Shown: positions 13,362-27,476 of the stretch, piece after piece
Numbering within the stretch: position 1 is the first letter of the stretch
Layout of the letters: each line of letters begins with the position of its first letter
Assembly: GCA_964016885.1 (NCBI GenBank)
Contig: OZ024744.1
Location: 38,626,001-38,690,000 of the forward strand
Reading direction: 5' to 3'
Source of the DNA: Eledone cirrhosa
Taxonomy: Eukaryota
DNA: 64,000 nt
Made by a program: the position numbers and the translations under genes
Notes under the pieces: generated by a model
What the model was told of the DNA's origin: nothing
Seen by the model: the letters and a program-made list of their open reading frames with translations, nothing else
Databases searched by the model: none

Positions 13362-14334
13362 TAAGTTCTTCTGGTTTTATAATTTCACAAATGTTTTGCC
13401 AATAGAGAGACGGTTTCTAACATAGACACAAGACTCTCTCATTGGAATTTACACAACATCAACTAGATAGATTTGTATGTATGTCTGTATGCAGGCATGT
13501 GTAGATATGGATGTTATTGAATGTGTGGATGTGAATGTTTTGAGTTGTATGTGTGCATGTGTATATGCTTTTTATCTGTACATGTGTATAATCAGTTATT
13601 AGATGAAAAATTTTTGGAATGTTTTACATATTTTTACTGATCCATTAATTGATTGTAATTGAAATTTCCTAACTAGTTGTGTTCTTTCTGTCCCTGTGAA
13701 GCCCAGCTTCTCAAGATTTGTATTGAGGCAGTTACTAACATACCCCACTGCCTCAATAATCACATACATAAGGCTGAAGGTGTAATCAGGGTGGAGTATC
13801 TGCAGATTTCTCATCAGTTCTGCATAAATATTCTCCTTTATGCTAATCTTTGATATTATATTGACATCTGCTGGGCAACTAATTTCCACTACTGTGCATG
13901 CTTTCTTCTTCCTGTCCCATATCATAATATCTGGTCTGTTATGCCTGTATTTTATTGGGTTTTTTACTGGAGCATTCCACCAGTACTCTTTCATATTATG
14001 TACATGGATGTCTTCCACATTGCTGTAGCTTTTAATGTGTTTATTATCGGGGCTATCTTTTTTACGGATTGCATTGTACAGTGTTTTGGCCACTACATCA
14101 TGCCTCTTATGTAGATAGTACCGCGATGACATCTTTGGACAGCTGCTGATGACATTGGTGATATCTTCGATGTTAGTTCTGCAGAGTCTGCAATTGTTAT
14201 CACATCTAGATGTTTTACCTGCATCCCTATCTCTTTTGTGAATCATGTATTTCGTGTTAATTTCCTGTTCTTGGATTGCAAAAGCGTATCCTTCAAAGTG
14301 GGAGCCAATATAGCGTTTGTTGGTACAAGATAGA
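13362..14334 (-). mobile_element. R4/Dong-like non-LTR retrotransposon, 3' fragment (CCHC + restriction-like endonuclease + 3'UTR)
   Basis: CRLCRTNIEDITNVISSC, RHDVVAK and RPDIMIWD..VVEISCP..K..Y in ORF 13599-14603. The 3' end abuts a degenerate (TATG)n tract. Confidence 0.88.
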
Positions 14335-14660
14335 GGTAAGAGACCACCCCACAGGCACGGCACCGATTCAAGGAGTGTGTAAAAGACTGGTTTAATGACG
14401 GCTGACTGGGAGATAGATGCTCTTGAAAGAGAAACTTGGCGTTGAATGGTGAATGATGGGGTCCATAATTTTAAGGACAGATGCATAGAGCACGAGAAGA
14501 TTAAAAGAGGTGTGCGTAAGCAATGCCCTGGTGTATCTTTCGAAACGATCGGTGACTCCATTGAATGGAAGTGCCCTAAGTGTGGAAAGATTTGCTTGAG
14601 CAAATCTGGTATCAGGAGCCACAGTCGCAGCCATGTTGAAAGAGAACCAATGAACTATGA
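14335..14660 (+). mobile_element. RTE-clade LINE 3' fragment with C2H2 finger
   Basis: GKRPPHR..RFKECVK, WEIDALERETWR and CPKCGKICLSKSGIRSHSRSH; homologous to the C-terminus of ORF 31634-32857. Confidence 0.8.
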
Positions 14661-14664
14661 TCTC

Positions 14665-16560
14665 CACGTCACAAGTCTACGCACAGAAATAAGAATAAAG
14701 CAAAATACAAAAAAAAATACGCGAAAAATCGAGTCAAACTCAACATTTGTTGTTGGAACGCTAGGACACTCCTGGACAGAAACTCGTCTGGACGTCCAGA
14801 GCGGAGAACTACAGTTGTGACAAAGGAACTCAGAAGATTGAACATAGACATAGCATCTTTATCTGAAACACATTTGGCGGGATAAGATCAATTAACAAAA
14901 GTATCATTAGGCTTCTCTCTTTTTAGGGGAGCTGAACGAAGAGAGGGTGGTGTTGGCTTCGCCATTAGAAAATCCTACTTGATCGTATGGATGTCCTACT
15001 GGTGTAACCAATCGCATTATAAAGCTTCCTATTCCTCTGATACATGGCCATTAGTTAACACTTTTATCTCTTTATGCACCGACGCTACATGCCAGTGAGG
15101 TGGTCCTTGACTCTTCTATGAGTCTCTTCGTGCTGTCATTGCATGCACACCTGCTGACGATAAGTTATTACTTCTCGGTGATTTTAGTACTCGTGTGGGT
15201 GGTAATCACATGTCTTAAGGCGCACTCGGGCCATTTAGGCCTGAGGTTGCTTGAACTCTGCTCAGAAATGAACTTAACCATTTGCAACACTCTTTTCCAT
15301 CAGAAGCTCAAATATTTGGTATCATCCAAGGTCTAATCATGGACACATGATTAATTTAATCATCAGTCATAAACGCCATCTCTTAGAGAAGCTGACATGC
15401 AACATATTATGGACCAATTCTCATCTTCATTTGGTCTTACAGTCAGCCTTAAATGTAATGTTTACCCCTTCTACTGGAGAACCATATACTGAACCCAATA
15501 TCATGCTTGATGGAACCAGGTTGGGAGTAGTAGATACATTTGTCTACTTGGGTAGCACACTCTCAAATGATGGCGTCTTGGATGCTGAAATACATCTCCA
15601 CATCCAGAAGGCCTCTGTTACCTTCGGAAAATTGGAGAAGAGAGTTTGGGAAAATCGCAACATTACTAACAATGCCAAGGTGTGTGTGTATAGATCATGT
15701 GTTCTGTCTGCTCTTTTATACTCTGCCGAAACCTGGACACCATTCCGCAAACATATCAAATTGCTTGAGCGCTTTTAGCAGAAATGTTTAAGGCGCATAT
15801 TCGACATCAGGTGGCAAGACAGAAGTCCTGACATCAAAGTAGAACTCCAAGTAGTCTCAAGTAACATCTTTTCAAATGCGCTGTACAGGACATACAGACC
15901 GCACGAAAGAAAGCAGGATCCTGAATCAACTAATTTGCGGTGAGCTCCATCTTGGAAAAAGGCCTCAACACAAACCGAAAATGAGGTACAAGGCCAACAT
16001 CAAGAGCAACTATAAGAGCTGGCATTTGATGTAAATAACTGGGAGGAGATAGCTCTAAATAGGGTTGAGTGGAGTGAGCTAATAAAGGACAGTTGCAAAA
16101 TATTTGAGGAACGTCGTCCAGAATATAAACAACTGAAGCGTCAGCTCCGGAAGTGTTGTGCTCAGTCTTGATGAAGTCATCTGTAGTTGGACATGCAAAT
16201 TCTGTCAGCGTGTACTCCTCTCAAAGGCTGGTTATGTTAATCACTTAAAGTCACATGAAAGGATAACCACCTGCAGCACCACTCAACAAAGATCTGGTGA
16301 AACAACGTGATGATATACAACAAAGTGTGTAGAATTAGTTCAGAACGAAAAAGACACATGGTGATACATGAAGATTGTGTCCCAGAGAGTGACCCCACCG
16401 GTCCTGTGGAAAGCACAACTCTCTTCTCTCACCTATCTCGTAAACCATGCAGATCTACAGCTGGCCTACAAAGTCATCTACGAGTCATGGACGCAGATGG
16501 GATGACAATGAAGAATGAATAAGAGACGGCAATCTTCTGTGAAGACGCTGTAATCCTCAT
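14665..16560 (+). mobile_element. Degenerate RTE-clade LINE: APE N-terminus, RT core deleted, C-terminal region and (ATGT)n tail
   Basis: CWNARTLLDRNSSGRPERRT..NIDIASLSETH near 14745-14875 and FVYLGSTLS..LLYSAETW in ORF 15347-15778. Confidence 0.85.
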
Positions 16561-16576
16561 GTATGTATGCGTGTAT

Positions 16577-19385
16577 GTTCTTCTGGTTTTAAAATTTCAA
16601 AATTATTTTACCAATAGCGAGAGTCGGTCCCTAACATAGACACAAGACTCTCTCATTGGAATTTACACAACATCAACTAGGTAGATTATGTATGTATGTC
16701 TGTATGCAGGCATGTTAGATATGGATGTTATTGTATGTGTGGATGTGTATGTTTTGAGTTGTATGTGTGCATGTGTATATGCTTTTTATCTGTACATGTG
16801 TATATGCAGTTATTAGATGCATAATTTTTGGAATGTTTTACATATTTTTGCTGTTCCATTAATGGATTGTAGTTGTAATTTCCTAACTAGTTGTGTTCTT
16901 TCTGTTCCTGTGAAGCCTAGCTTCTCAATATTTGTATTGAGGCAGTTACAAACATACCCCAGTGCCCCAATAATCACAGGCATATATCTGAAGGTGTAAT
17001 CAGGGTGGAGTATCTGCAGATTTCTCATCAGTTCTGCATAAATATTCTCCTTTTCGCTAATCTTTGATATTATATTGACATCTGCTGGGCAGCTAGTTTC
17101 CACTACTGTGCATGCTTTCTTCTTCCTGTCCCATATCATAATATCTGGTCGGTTATGCCTGCATTTTATTGGGTTTTTTACTGGAACATTTCACCAGTAC
17201 TCTTTCATATTATGTACATGGATGTCTTCCACATTGCTGTAGCTTTTAATGTGTTTATTATCGGGGCTATCTTTTTTACGAACTGCATTGTACAGTGTTT
17301 TGGCCACTACATCATGCCTTATAGGTAGATAGTACCGCGATGACATCTTTGGACAGCTGCTGATGACATAGGTGATATCCTCGATGTTAGTTCTGCAGAG
17401 TCTGCACTTGTTATCACATCTAGGTGTTTTGCCTGCATCCCTATCTCTTTTGTGAATCAGGTATTTCGTGTTAATCTCCTGTTCTTGGATTGCAAAGGCG
17501 TATCCTTCAAAGTGGGGGCCAATATAGCGGTTGTTGGTCTTAGATAGACTACTTTCCTTATCTATATTACTCTCCCCCTGGAGTTTCCTGGCAACATATC
17601 CATGCATGATTTTCTGCTGATGAGCATGCAGTTTTTCATCCATGGATTTACTGCGATACTGCCGAGCGACTTCCCTGGATGTGAGTTTTTGATTATCACA
17701 CAGGGAATATCTCTCGAGGAGTTCCTTCCCAACTCTCATGATCTATTTCATGCAGATAGACTTTCTCGAGAAACGGGCTCCTACGCTTCGACGTTCGTAG
17801 ATGTTGTCGGAGGGATATGATGCGATATTCAAATGTTGTCTGGACTGATGTTAGGCCTCTGCCTCCCTGCTTACGTTTCAAGTAAAGGTGGGTTATGTCA
17901 CTGTTGATGTGGAAGTTTCCGGTGTTGTTTAGTGTCTTTCGGGTTCCAACATCAACTGCTCTGATTTCGTCTATCGTCCAATTGAGTATTCCAAATATTG
18001 GTGTTAGGACAGGCACAGCAAACACATTATGAGCCACTGATTTGTTTTGGGCAGAGAGTTCCGATGACCAGATCTTTCTTAATCGGGTGTAGTATTCCCT
18101 GGTTACGCGTTCTTTATTACAGATACCATTATAGGATATGTTCTCATCTATCCCCAGGTATATGTAGCAGTCCTCATCAGATATTGGTGAAACAGTTAAG
18201 CCATTGATGACAATGTTGCTAGATTGGGTTGTTGTTTTCCCCGCTTTATAGTCATGTATGAGCATTTATCTTGGCCAAACTCCATTCCTATATCTTTTGA
18301 GAACGTTGTAACCAGGTCAAGGTTTTTCTTCATCCCATCCATGTTCTTGGCATAGAGTTTCAGATCGTCCACAAAGAAATTATGGGTTAGGTTCGTATTT
18401 CTGTCTTCCTGTGAGCCAATGATGTATCCCTCACATTTCTTGAGCAGAAAGGACAAGGGGTTTAAAAACAAGATGCATAATATCACAGAGAGACTGTACC
18501 CCTGAAATATACCCCTGCGATATTTTATTTTATCAGTGAAAATAGAGTCCTCCCTCTCTGTCTTTAACCTTAGGATAGTATCCCAAGAAGAAGACAGCCT
18601 CTCTATGGCTCTGACAATAATGTCTGGGACGTTAGCAAGTTGTAGGGCCTTTATCATCCAAGAGTGGGCAACAGAATCGAAAGCTTTCCTGTAGTCCAGC
18701 CAGACTGTAGCCATATTCCTCCTAAGTTGTCGCACCTCCGACATCACAGTTTTGTTGATTAGGAGTTGTTCAGCACATCCCCAAACCCCTTTCTTTCCAG
18801 CTGCTTGTTCATCTGTGATGATGTTATTATTTTCACAGTGATCTTGGAGGAATAGGTTCAGGCAGGCCGTATACATCTTATGCATCAGGTTCTGGCATAC
18901 AATGGGTCGGTAGTTTTTTCCAAGTGGGGATCTTTGTTCTTGAGTATCAGTAATGTTTGTGCTAATGTCAACCATTCTGGTATAAGTGTATCTCCCTTAA
19001 GAACTTGTTGGTAGAGGTTAGTAAGATACCTCCAATAGAATATCAGTTTTTTGTACCAGTAACCGACAATCATGTCTCTTCCTGGTGTTTTCTTACCTTG
19101 GAGTTTTCCTACCACAGTCTCAAGAGTACCCTCACTTGTTTCGTATGTTTTTGTTGTAGTGTAGGAGCAATAGTTCCTTTCGGATTTCTCTTAACCACAC
19201 TGCATCTTGGTTGAAATTCTTATTTTCACCCCATATTTTGCTCCAAAAGGAATCTACGTCTTTCTGGGATGGGGCCTCAGTGACACTTACTATTTTGTCC
19301 TTCATATCTTTATAGACTGTTGTTTGGTTTCTCTCATCCACCTTCTTCAGGTACCGGCGTTTTTCGCTAACAGCTCTCAATTCTT
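16577..19385 (-). mobile_element. 5'-truncated R4/Dong-like retrotransposon (RT, CCHC, RLE), frameshifted, within (TATG)n
   Basis: NYRPIVC, WLDYRKAFDSV, GIFQG.SLS, FFVDDLKLYAK, GGRGL, CRLC and RHD motifs in ORFs 16813-19473. The 3'UTR is shared with 13362-13600 and TATG repeats lie on both sides. Confidence 0.92.
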
Positions 19386-19673
19386 GTATGTATGTATGTA
19401 TGTATGTATGTATGTATGTATGTATGTATGTATGTATGTATGTATGTATGTATGTATGTATGTATGTATACATGTATGTATATATGTATGTATGTATTTA
19501 TGTAGGCATGCATGGATGTGTGTATATATGTATTACGTGTGTATGTAGGCATGTATATATGTGTATGTGTGTATATATATATGTACGTATGTTTGAATGT
19601 CTGTCTGTATGAATGTATTTAAATATGTATGTATGTATGTTATGTTTGTATGTATGTATGTAATGTATGTATG

Positions 19674-20300
19674 TCGGGTAACTCTTCAGTGCTACTGGTA
19701 ACATGTAACCCTGTGTAACCTGTCGCATGGTCGGGTCGTCAGCGACTAAACCGGCAACCCTACCAAGTTTACTTGGTGAGGAGGGTGATTTTGGACATCC
19801 TGCAGGACAAAAATCAAAACCTAACAAAGGGCGGAAGAACTCATAAGGGCCATCCAAAAGTGTGTAAATATGTATATACACATGTACATATGTATGTATA
19901 TGTATATGTGTATATACAATGGGTGCATGTGTATGTATATGCGCGGGGACATAGAAATAGTCGGGCTGGACACCCGATCGCACAGTTAAACCACTGGGAG
20001 TGAAGGACCCCTAGCCTTTCTCAGGGCATTCTTCTAGGAGAAGGCAACTCAGGAAACTGGGATAACTCCGATATAAAACCTGCGGCTCAGTAGTTACCGA
20101 TGATGTTGATCTTTTCTTCTTTTCGGGTTATAGTTACTGTCGCTCAGAGAGTGGGATTGGCTCAGTGCACAGTCTTTCCTCACTTTAAAAAATATCTTCA
20201 CGCACAGACATTGCACGATAGAATTAATTAATAATTATTAATAATGGTATATCGTGCAATGGCCATACACGATAACGAGGAGGCAGCCATCATATATGTA
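19674..20300 (+). mobile_element. Probable non-autonomous RTE derivative (non-coding body + RTE 3' end)
   Basis: The 3' end tcgtgcaatggccatacacgataacgaggaggcagccatcatatatgtatg matches the reverse complement of 31370-31419, the end of the RTE at 31378-32741. It is flanked by TATG repeats. Confidence 0.6.
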
Positions 20301-21350
20301 TGTAATGTATGTATGTATTAGGGAAATTATTTGTATGTATGTCGATGTGTGTATTTCGTGTAAAGATAAATGTGTATACGTTTCATTCGGATTGTATGTT
20401 CGTATGTTATTAATTGTATGTGTATGCGTGTGTGTGTGCGTTTTTATATGTGCGTATGTGTGTGTATGTGTATGTGTGATTGCATGTGTGTGTATGTATG
20501 TATATGTGTGTATGTGTGTATGTCTGGGTGTGTGTGTGTGTGTGCGTGTGTGTGTGCGTGCGTATGTGTGAGTATGTGTATGTGTGAATGCATGTGTGTG
20601 TATGTGTGTATATGTGTGTATGTGTGTATGTCTGTGTATGTGTGTGTGTGTGTGTGTGTAGATTATTGTGAGACATATGAGGGCGTGTCTGTGTGTACGT
20701 GTTATTGTGGGTGCATGTGTTGTGTGTCTTTAGGGGAATGGCTTGTTTGATTTATTTTTTTGTTATATTTTTTTCTCTATTTTTTAGTATACGCGTTCTA
20801 AATACCACTCCTGACAAGATGTGAAATACTTCCTCACTTCCTCTCACCTGCCACATATACCGACACCTTTTCACTGCCCCACAACAACCACTACCACGAC
20901 CACCACCACCTCCACCACCATCACCACAATCATCATCACCACCACCACCACCACAACCACCACCATCATCAACAACAACACCTGCAACATCGTCAACAAA
21001 GATAGTACTCCATCATTCACTCACATGTTCATCACACATATGTACATACGTACTAATATAACCTCCACAGGTTTCTCGATCTGCTAGCTATAGCAGCCAA
21101 ATCTCCTCTCATCTAAAGAGAAGAAGAAAAAAAGGAAAAACACATTGGCTTACAGTAATCCTAAATACATAATATCGGACAAAAGAAATACGGGATGATC
21201 ACGGCTGGAATGCTTTTGATCACAAGTCTACTCAATAACACCTGACTTGCAAATGAATAACAACGACCGCCTGTGCCGCTACCCCCACCATCACCCCACT
21301 ATTGCTACCACCATTCCCATCGCCACTACAACCACAGCCATCATCATCAT

Positions 21351-21394
<44 letters not shown>

Positions 21395-21934
21395 AGAACT
21401 GAGTTACTTGAAATAGCAGACAAGTTTCCCTCAAATCAAACACACCCCTGCCTGCCTTAATCCGACAAGAATATTTTATATGATGTAGTCCTACATACCA
21501 CTACAAAGACGGGATGGTCACGGCTAGAATGCCGTTGATATTGGTTTTAGGCAATCATGAATGATGTTGGATTGAACAACAACATAATGCTGAGCAGCCT
21601 CAAGTGTTCACTAGGTTAGGCCCTCTAACTGCTTTAGTCCGGCTGTGCCAACACTCAACAGAATTCATACTACATTACCGCCTTAGAAATGTATAAGCTA
21701 ATACCAAATACAATATGTCTGAAAATAAGATATGTTGGTCACGTCCAAAATGCCTGTTAAACGAAGAATTCTCCATACACAGAAATATTTTTTCAACATG
21801 TGAGAATGCTGTCAATGACCGACATCATCAATAAATTTGCACCAGCCTACAAAGTAAAATGTTTTTTGAAGTCTACAATATATTTACTCTAATATTAACA
21901 TGCAACATTGCATACAACTACTCCAGAAAATGCA

Positions 21935-22125
21935 TAATTATTATTTCTAATTTAGGCACAGGCCAGCAATCTGAAGTAGGTTGGGGAAAGTAAATTAAAT
22001 CGACCCCAGTGTGTTACGGGTGCTTTATTTTATGGACCCCGTAAGGATTTGAACGCAGAATGTAAAGGGAGGTAACTCTATGCCATGAAGCATGGTGTCC
22101 GACGCTCTACCGATACTCCCAAATA
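21935..22125 (-). mobile_element. SINE family A (tRNA-like head, tttgcctttcatcc..ggggtcgataaaataa core, ..tagaaacaattatt tail)
   Basis: Further copies at about 23858-24030(-), 34005-34440(+, tandem), 37645-37915(-), 38180-38330(-), 45790-45950(+), 46330-46550(+) and 57180-57370(+). Confidence 0.75.
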
Positions 22126-22231
22126 ATAACAATAACAAACCATGTAAAAGCAGAAAACTGACAAACATTTGTAATCGACACACTTACTGCCGGATTAATC
22201 TAACAGTAAGAGTAACATATGCTACAGGGCC

Positions 22232-22520
22232 AGGAGGCACCTGGCCTAGTGGTAAGGGTATTGGACTTACAATCATAATGTTGTGGGTTCGTTTCCTGGG
22301 CTGGGTTACGTGTTGTGTTATTGAGCAAAACACTTCATTTCACGTTACTTCAGTATATTCAGCTGGAAAAGAAAAGGAGTACCAACAGTCACTGGAGGTT
22401 TAACCCTGCGATGGACTGGTGTCCTGTCCAGAGGGGAGTCTAGTACTCTCAGTCACTTCACGCCACGAAAACCGGGATAAACACAGGCCTGATGTGCCTC
22501 CAGGCTTAAGACAAACTTTA
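22232..22520 (+). mobile_element. tRNA-derived SINE family B
   Basis: A box tggcctagtgg and B box ggttcgtttcc, followed by ttgagcaaaacacttcatttcac. Related copies at about 24150-24480(-), 25539-25840(+), 46880-47350(-) and 53050-53170(+). Confidence 0.8.
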
Positions 22521-22705
22521 GACTATTTTTTAGACTACCCTAAATACTTTATACTATAGTATTATACTGCTTTTAACCTTCATTTAACATTTTTGAAAAA
22601 TAGAGTCACCCATAGTATATACTGCAGTCCCTGCACTAACCTAATCCGACACTAATAAACAACATCTGTAACATTAAAATACAATGAAGAAAAATTACCA
22701 TTTTC

Positions 22706-22953
<248 letters not shown>

Positions 22954-23089
22954 ACGCATATATAGATATATTTATTATAAGAACAGATTAAAGTTTAAGC
23001 AAAGAATTTAGTCTTCACATTTATTATTACTCTCTCTCTATATATATATATATTTATATATATATATATATAAACACAAAAAAAATAAA

Positions 23090-23750
23090 ATCATAAAACG
23101 AAAAACAAGCTCCTTCCATGTAGACCAAATGTTTTACCCCTTCCTTTTATCCAACACCCGAAAACAATAGGGAAATCTAGTAATAGAAAAGCACCAACGA
23201 CAAACAAAATCCTAAACATATAATACACATAAAACGGCTATGGTCGGAAGGAGCTACTACATTCACCAACATCTACAACTGCTCACAATAAAATCTGGAC
23301 TCTGAGCAAAGTTATAACACTCCTAAAACCTACATCCGGCCCCAAAGTAAATGAAGAGACGTTATACAGACCAGTTACTCTTTTATGCATACCCTGATAA
23401 TATTCTTGACATTAATAAACCATAAACTTACTTCTGTAAATCAGATTCAGACAAATTGCATGCAATCACTATACTGCTGACAAACAAAGGCAGAAAATAC
23501 ATGATTGTTTCAACAACAAAAATTTACACGCATCATTCTACCATCGATATCGACATGGCTTTTGACTCCATTCTCCACTACTCTCTCACACCAATATCTA
23601 TGAATTTGGTACCAAAACAACAGACTTAAGGTAGAAATTACCAAATCCACTGTCTCCAAGGAACATCAAATAGAATCAAACCTGACATTCAGCAGAACTA
23701 GAAGTTATATATATCACCTCTACAGCATTCACAATACACATAGAGGAAAT
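23090..23750 (+). pseudogene. Highly decayed LINE RT remnant (Jockey/CR1-like)
   Basis: Recognisable YRPVTLL (~23363) and DI.MAFDSI (~23546) motifs; no long ORF. Confidence 0.45.
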
Positions 23751-24839
23751 AGTAAAAAAAAAACAAAACAAAGAAGCAAAATAGCACACATACATAGCAA
23801 GAGCAATCACAGAAAGAAACGAATATACATAAAAGAGCTAACAGAAATAAAAATAACAATAATTGTTTCTACTTTTTACACAAGGCCAGCAATTATCCCA
23901 GTGCATTGTTGGTACTTTATTTTATCAACCCCGTAAGGATGAAAGGCAAAGTTAATCTCGGCGGGATTTAAACTCAGGCCGTAAAGGGGCGTAAATCTAT
24001 GCTACAAAGCATGGCGTCCGACCCTCAATAATTGTGTATAAACAATTTATTAAATTAATCAGGGACTATGGTAGTCATACCATGTCCCCAAAATTTTCCC
24101 ACAACAAACCCTAAATAAATCACAAAGAACACAAAACATTGCACTGTGTAATCTCCGTCGGTTTCGACGATGTGTGCCCTGGTTGTTCGATCAAAGGAAC
24201 AATCTGCTCGTGAAATTAACGTGTAAGTGACTGAGCATTCTACAAATACGTGTTCCCTTAACGCAATTCACAGGGAGCTTCAGCATGACTGTGTGAGAAG
24301 TCTGGGTCTTTGAATTATATGTACAGTCCATCCGACAGGCTTCCAATCAGTTTCAAACTACCCGACTTTTCTCACAATGTATGGCTTAACACGAAGCTAT
24401 GGTAAATAACACTTTCCGAAGATGGCACGCAATAGGATCGAACCCGATACCTACTGATTGTGAAACAAACGCCTTATACTGCGTTCACTTATATCATACG
24501 ACTTTGTACACAGAAAACACCAACAACAAGCCACCAAAACAATGAAACAAAAATATTAAAAATAACAGATCACCTAGACATAGGAATTTTAAAATGTTTC
24601 ATTCATTTTACAGCGAATGCTTTTAATATAAATTAAACTCTAGTATATCTACATTGAATTTACCTTCAATTTCCTAATATACCCTGTGTTCTAGCACAAA
24701 CGTTTATTATGTGCACTTCTTAAAAAGAGACTGACCATTTTAGTTATATTGTACACCCTATTTGACGTAAATAGCGTTACTGTGTGTGAATATATATATA
24801 TTCACACACAGTAGCGCTACATATACACACAGAGTGACG

Positions 24840-24872
<33 letters not shown>

Positions 24873-25965
24873 CATACATGCATACATATGTGACTGAACA
24901 AATACATATCTACTTAAGTGAACACTCATACTTACACTCATAAACGTACATACAAAATTGTAGCAAAATGTACTGTCACTATTCTAAACCTGTAATTCGG
25001 AATTTTGTTTGTTTGCCGTAAGCCAGTGTAAAGTAACTTATATAACTTCAATATTTGATTGGCCAACCTAATTTGTTACTGGTTCTTTTCGGTGATCAAA
25101 CACTGACACATCGCAACAAACATTCATTTCTGTGACTAACCACTGGCAAACACCGAAAAAGGCTCTACATAATCACTCAAAATATCAGTCAAATTTTCTT
25201 AAAATCTCATCTATCGTCTTAAAAATAGAATCTTATTGCGTAATGATGTCTGAAAAAAAACTCTGCCTGAAAATGTTGGGTTTGTCATCAATTTGCATGA
25301 TAAGGACCAATTTGAGAGATAAACAACTCTGACGTATATACATGCGAGCCAACCAGAGAGCGCGAAATGAGACAGCGTAGCCTTCTTTAAATTTGACTAA
25401 AAAAGGAAAACGACACATTGGAAAATATAGTTATAGATATACAAAAGGTGTGAGTCCAAGTTACATTCGTGATTAAGTGTGACGTCAGGTGAATGGAGAT
25501 GTAGCATTCTTTTTTTTTTAAATTAATTTACTGTGAAGGGGCGTCGCTTAGTGGTTAGATTATTTGTATTGCTCTCGTAATGTAGTGAGTTCGAATCCCT
25601 GCAGTTTGATGGGTCGATGAGCATGACACTTTATTTCATATTGCCCCAGTAAATTCAGATGGTAAAAGTAAGTTACACCTGTAATACAAATGGTCAGTTA
25701 TGTCATACACAGGTTGAATCTTCCTTGGAACATCTGTATGTAAAATACGTCGCCATTTGCACATTAATTTCCTGAGAGGGCTGTTTTGATATTAAATCAA
25801 TTGGGGACACTTGTCATCAGAGCCGTTAAAGGGCCACAGTCATAATTTATATGAAACAATTCAGGAACCGGACGGCTGAGCTTCGGCTGTTTCAATAGCT
25901 AGATCCGAACTCAAGTATCGAGCACTCTGGTGAGTAATGGTCTAACTGGATTTTACCGCCTCCAA

Positions 25966-26046
<81 letters not shown>

Positions 26047-26048
<2 letters not shown>

Positions 26049-26392
26049 TTTTGTCTTTGTAACTTTGTGGTTCAATGCATAGGGTTGCAGAACAATATTA
26101 TGAGAGACGTAAAATAAGAAAATTATAAAATTAACTTACTTACTAAAATTTCACTCCCAACTAATTAATTTCTGAAATGGAATAAATATACTTTCCGAAG
26201 AAAATATAGAGAATCATTTCAGTTTCCAGAGTCCACGCTTTGCCTGGATACTTAGCTGAGAATAGTCTTCCCTGACGACGAAATGATTCTCTATATTTTC
26301 TTCGGAAAGTATATTTATTCCATTTCAGAAACTAATTAGTTGGGAGTGAAATTTTAGTAAGTAAGTTAATTTTATAATTTTCTTATTTTACG

Positions 26393-26401
<9 letters not shown>
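26047..26401. mobile_element. Asymmetric fold-back element in (TA)n; arms 26099-26220 and 26280-26401
   Basis: Near-perfect 122-bp inverted arms plus a ~52-bp one-sided extension, with TA runs on both sides. Confidence 0.9.
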
Positions 26402-26490
<89 letters not shown>

Positions 26491-26797
26491 GTTTAGTACT
26501 GGACAGCGAGGTTAACAACACGTCCAGCCAGTAGTACATCAATGGATAGAAAAATACATGTCGATTCATCTGAAGAAAACGTGTAGAGTAGTTATTATAT
26601 ATTATTATATAACTACGTTTGCATCTTTGAAATACGTATAATCAATTAGACAATAATAAAACTGTCTCTCTTATTTATTATATATATATATATATTTAGT
26701 GGTAGAACACTGGAAGGTAATATCCGTAGTGGTAGAGCACTCAGTCCATGGGACGAGCTAGGTAGAAGTGGTTACACAACAGTTAGTTCACCATACC

Positions 26798-26833
26798 GAG
26801 CTGAGGATCCGCAAAGGTGAAACAATTGTTCTC
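26798..26833 (+). ncRNA. Minimal type-I hammerhead ribozyme at the tip of a hairpin (arms 26763-26796 and 26835-26868)
   Basis: gag-CTGAGGA-tCCgcaaaGGt-GAAA-CAATTG-TT-ctc, with palindromic stem III ACAATTGT. Confidence 0.8.
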
Positions 26834-26863
26834 TGTATGGTGAACTAACTGTTGTGTAACCAC

Positions 26864-26914
<51 letters not shown>

Positions 26915-27476
26915 ATTGTCTTTACATCTGGGATTCATTTGTCAAACTGAAAGAAAATTATATGAATTTACCTTCCAACAAATTCATTCATGGATCCAGA
27001 TAATAGTATAAGACATTTACCAAAGATGCCATGCAGTGGGATTGAACTCGAAAACATGTGGCCGCATAGCGAACTTCCAAACCACACAGGTAAGCTTATG
27101 CCCATATATAATATAGTATAATATAGTAGAATATAATATAATGCATAATACAATGCAACACAATATAATATAGTATAAATTGTAAATGAATGAATACAAT
27201 CAATCAATAAATAAATGAATAAATTAACTCATATTTTCAACAAAAGTATATATAATAGAAAATAAGTGATCTAGCGAGAATCAGAGCATGTCGAAACTAT
27301 TCTCATGTTTGTGGAAGTTTGGGTCCCTCTCCCCACTTTACCTGACAGTGTGTGTCTGTAGGGTCGAACCGTTTAGTCATGTTCATGGCACTACTTTCAT
27401 CAATCTTCCTTAAATCATATCAGAAAGGATCTTTTCTTTCCTCTACTCCACTCCATCCACGCCAATCCCCACCTCA

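Noticed and set aside
13599-14603. 334-aa ORF as a single protein
   Set aside because: It is chimeric: the N-terminal part is antisense RTE sequence, and only the part below 14334 is R4-like.
22232-22310. Possible tRNA genes (also 25539, 53050, 56103)
   Set aside because: A/B boxes are followed by SINE bodies and no full cloverleaf or terminator is present.
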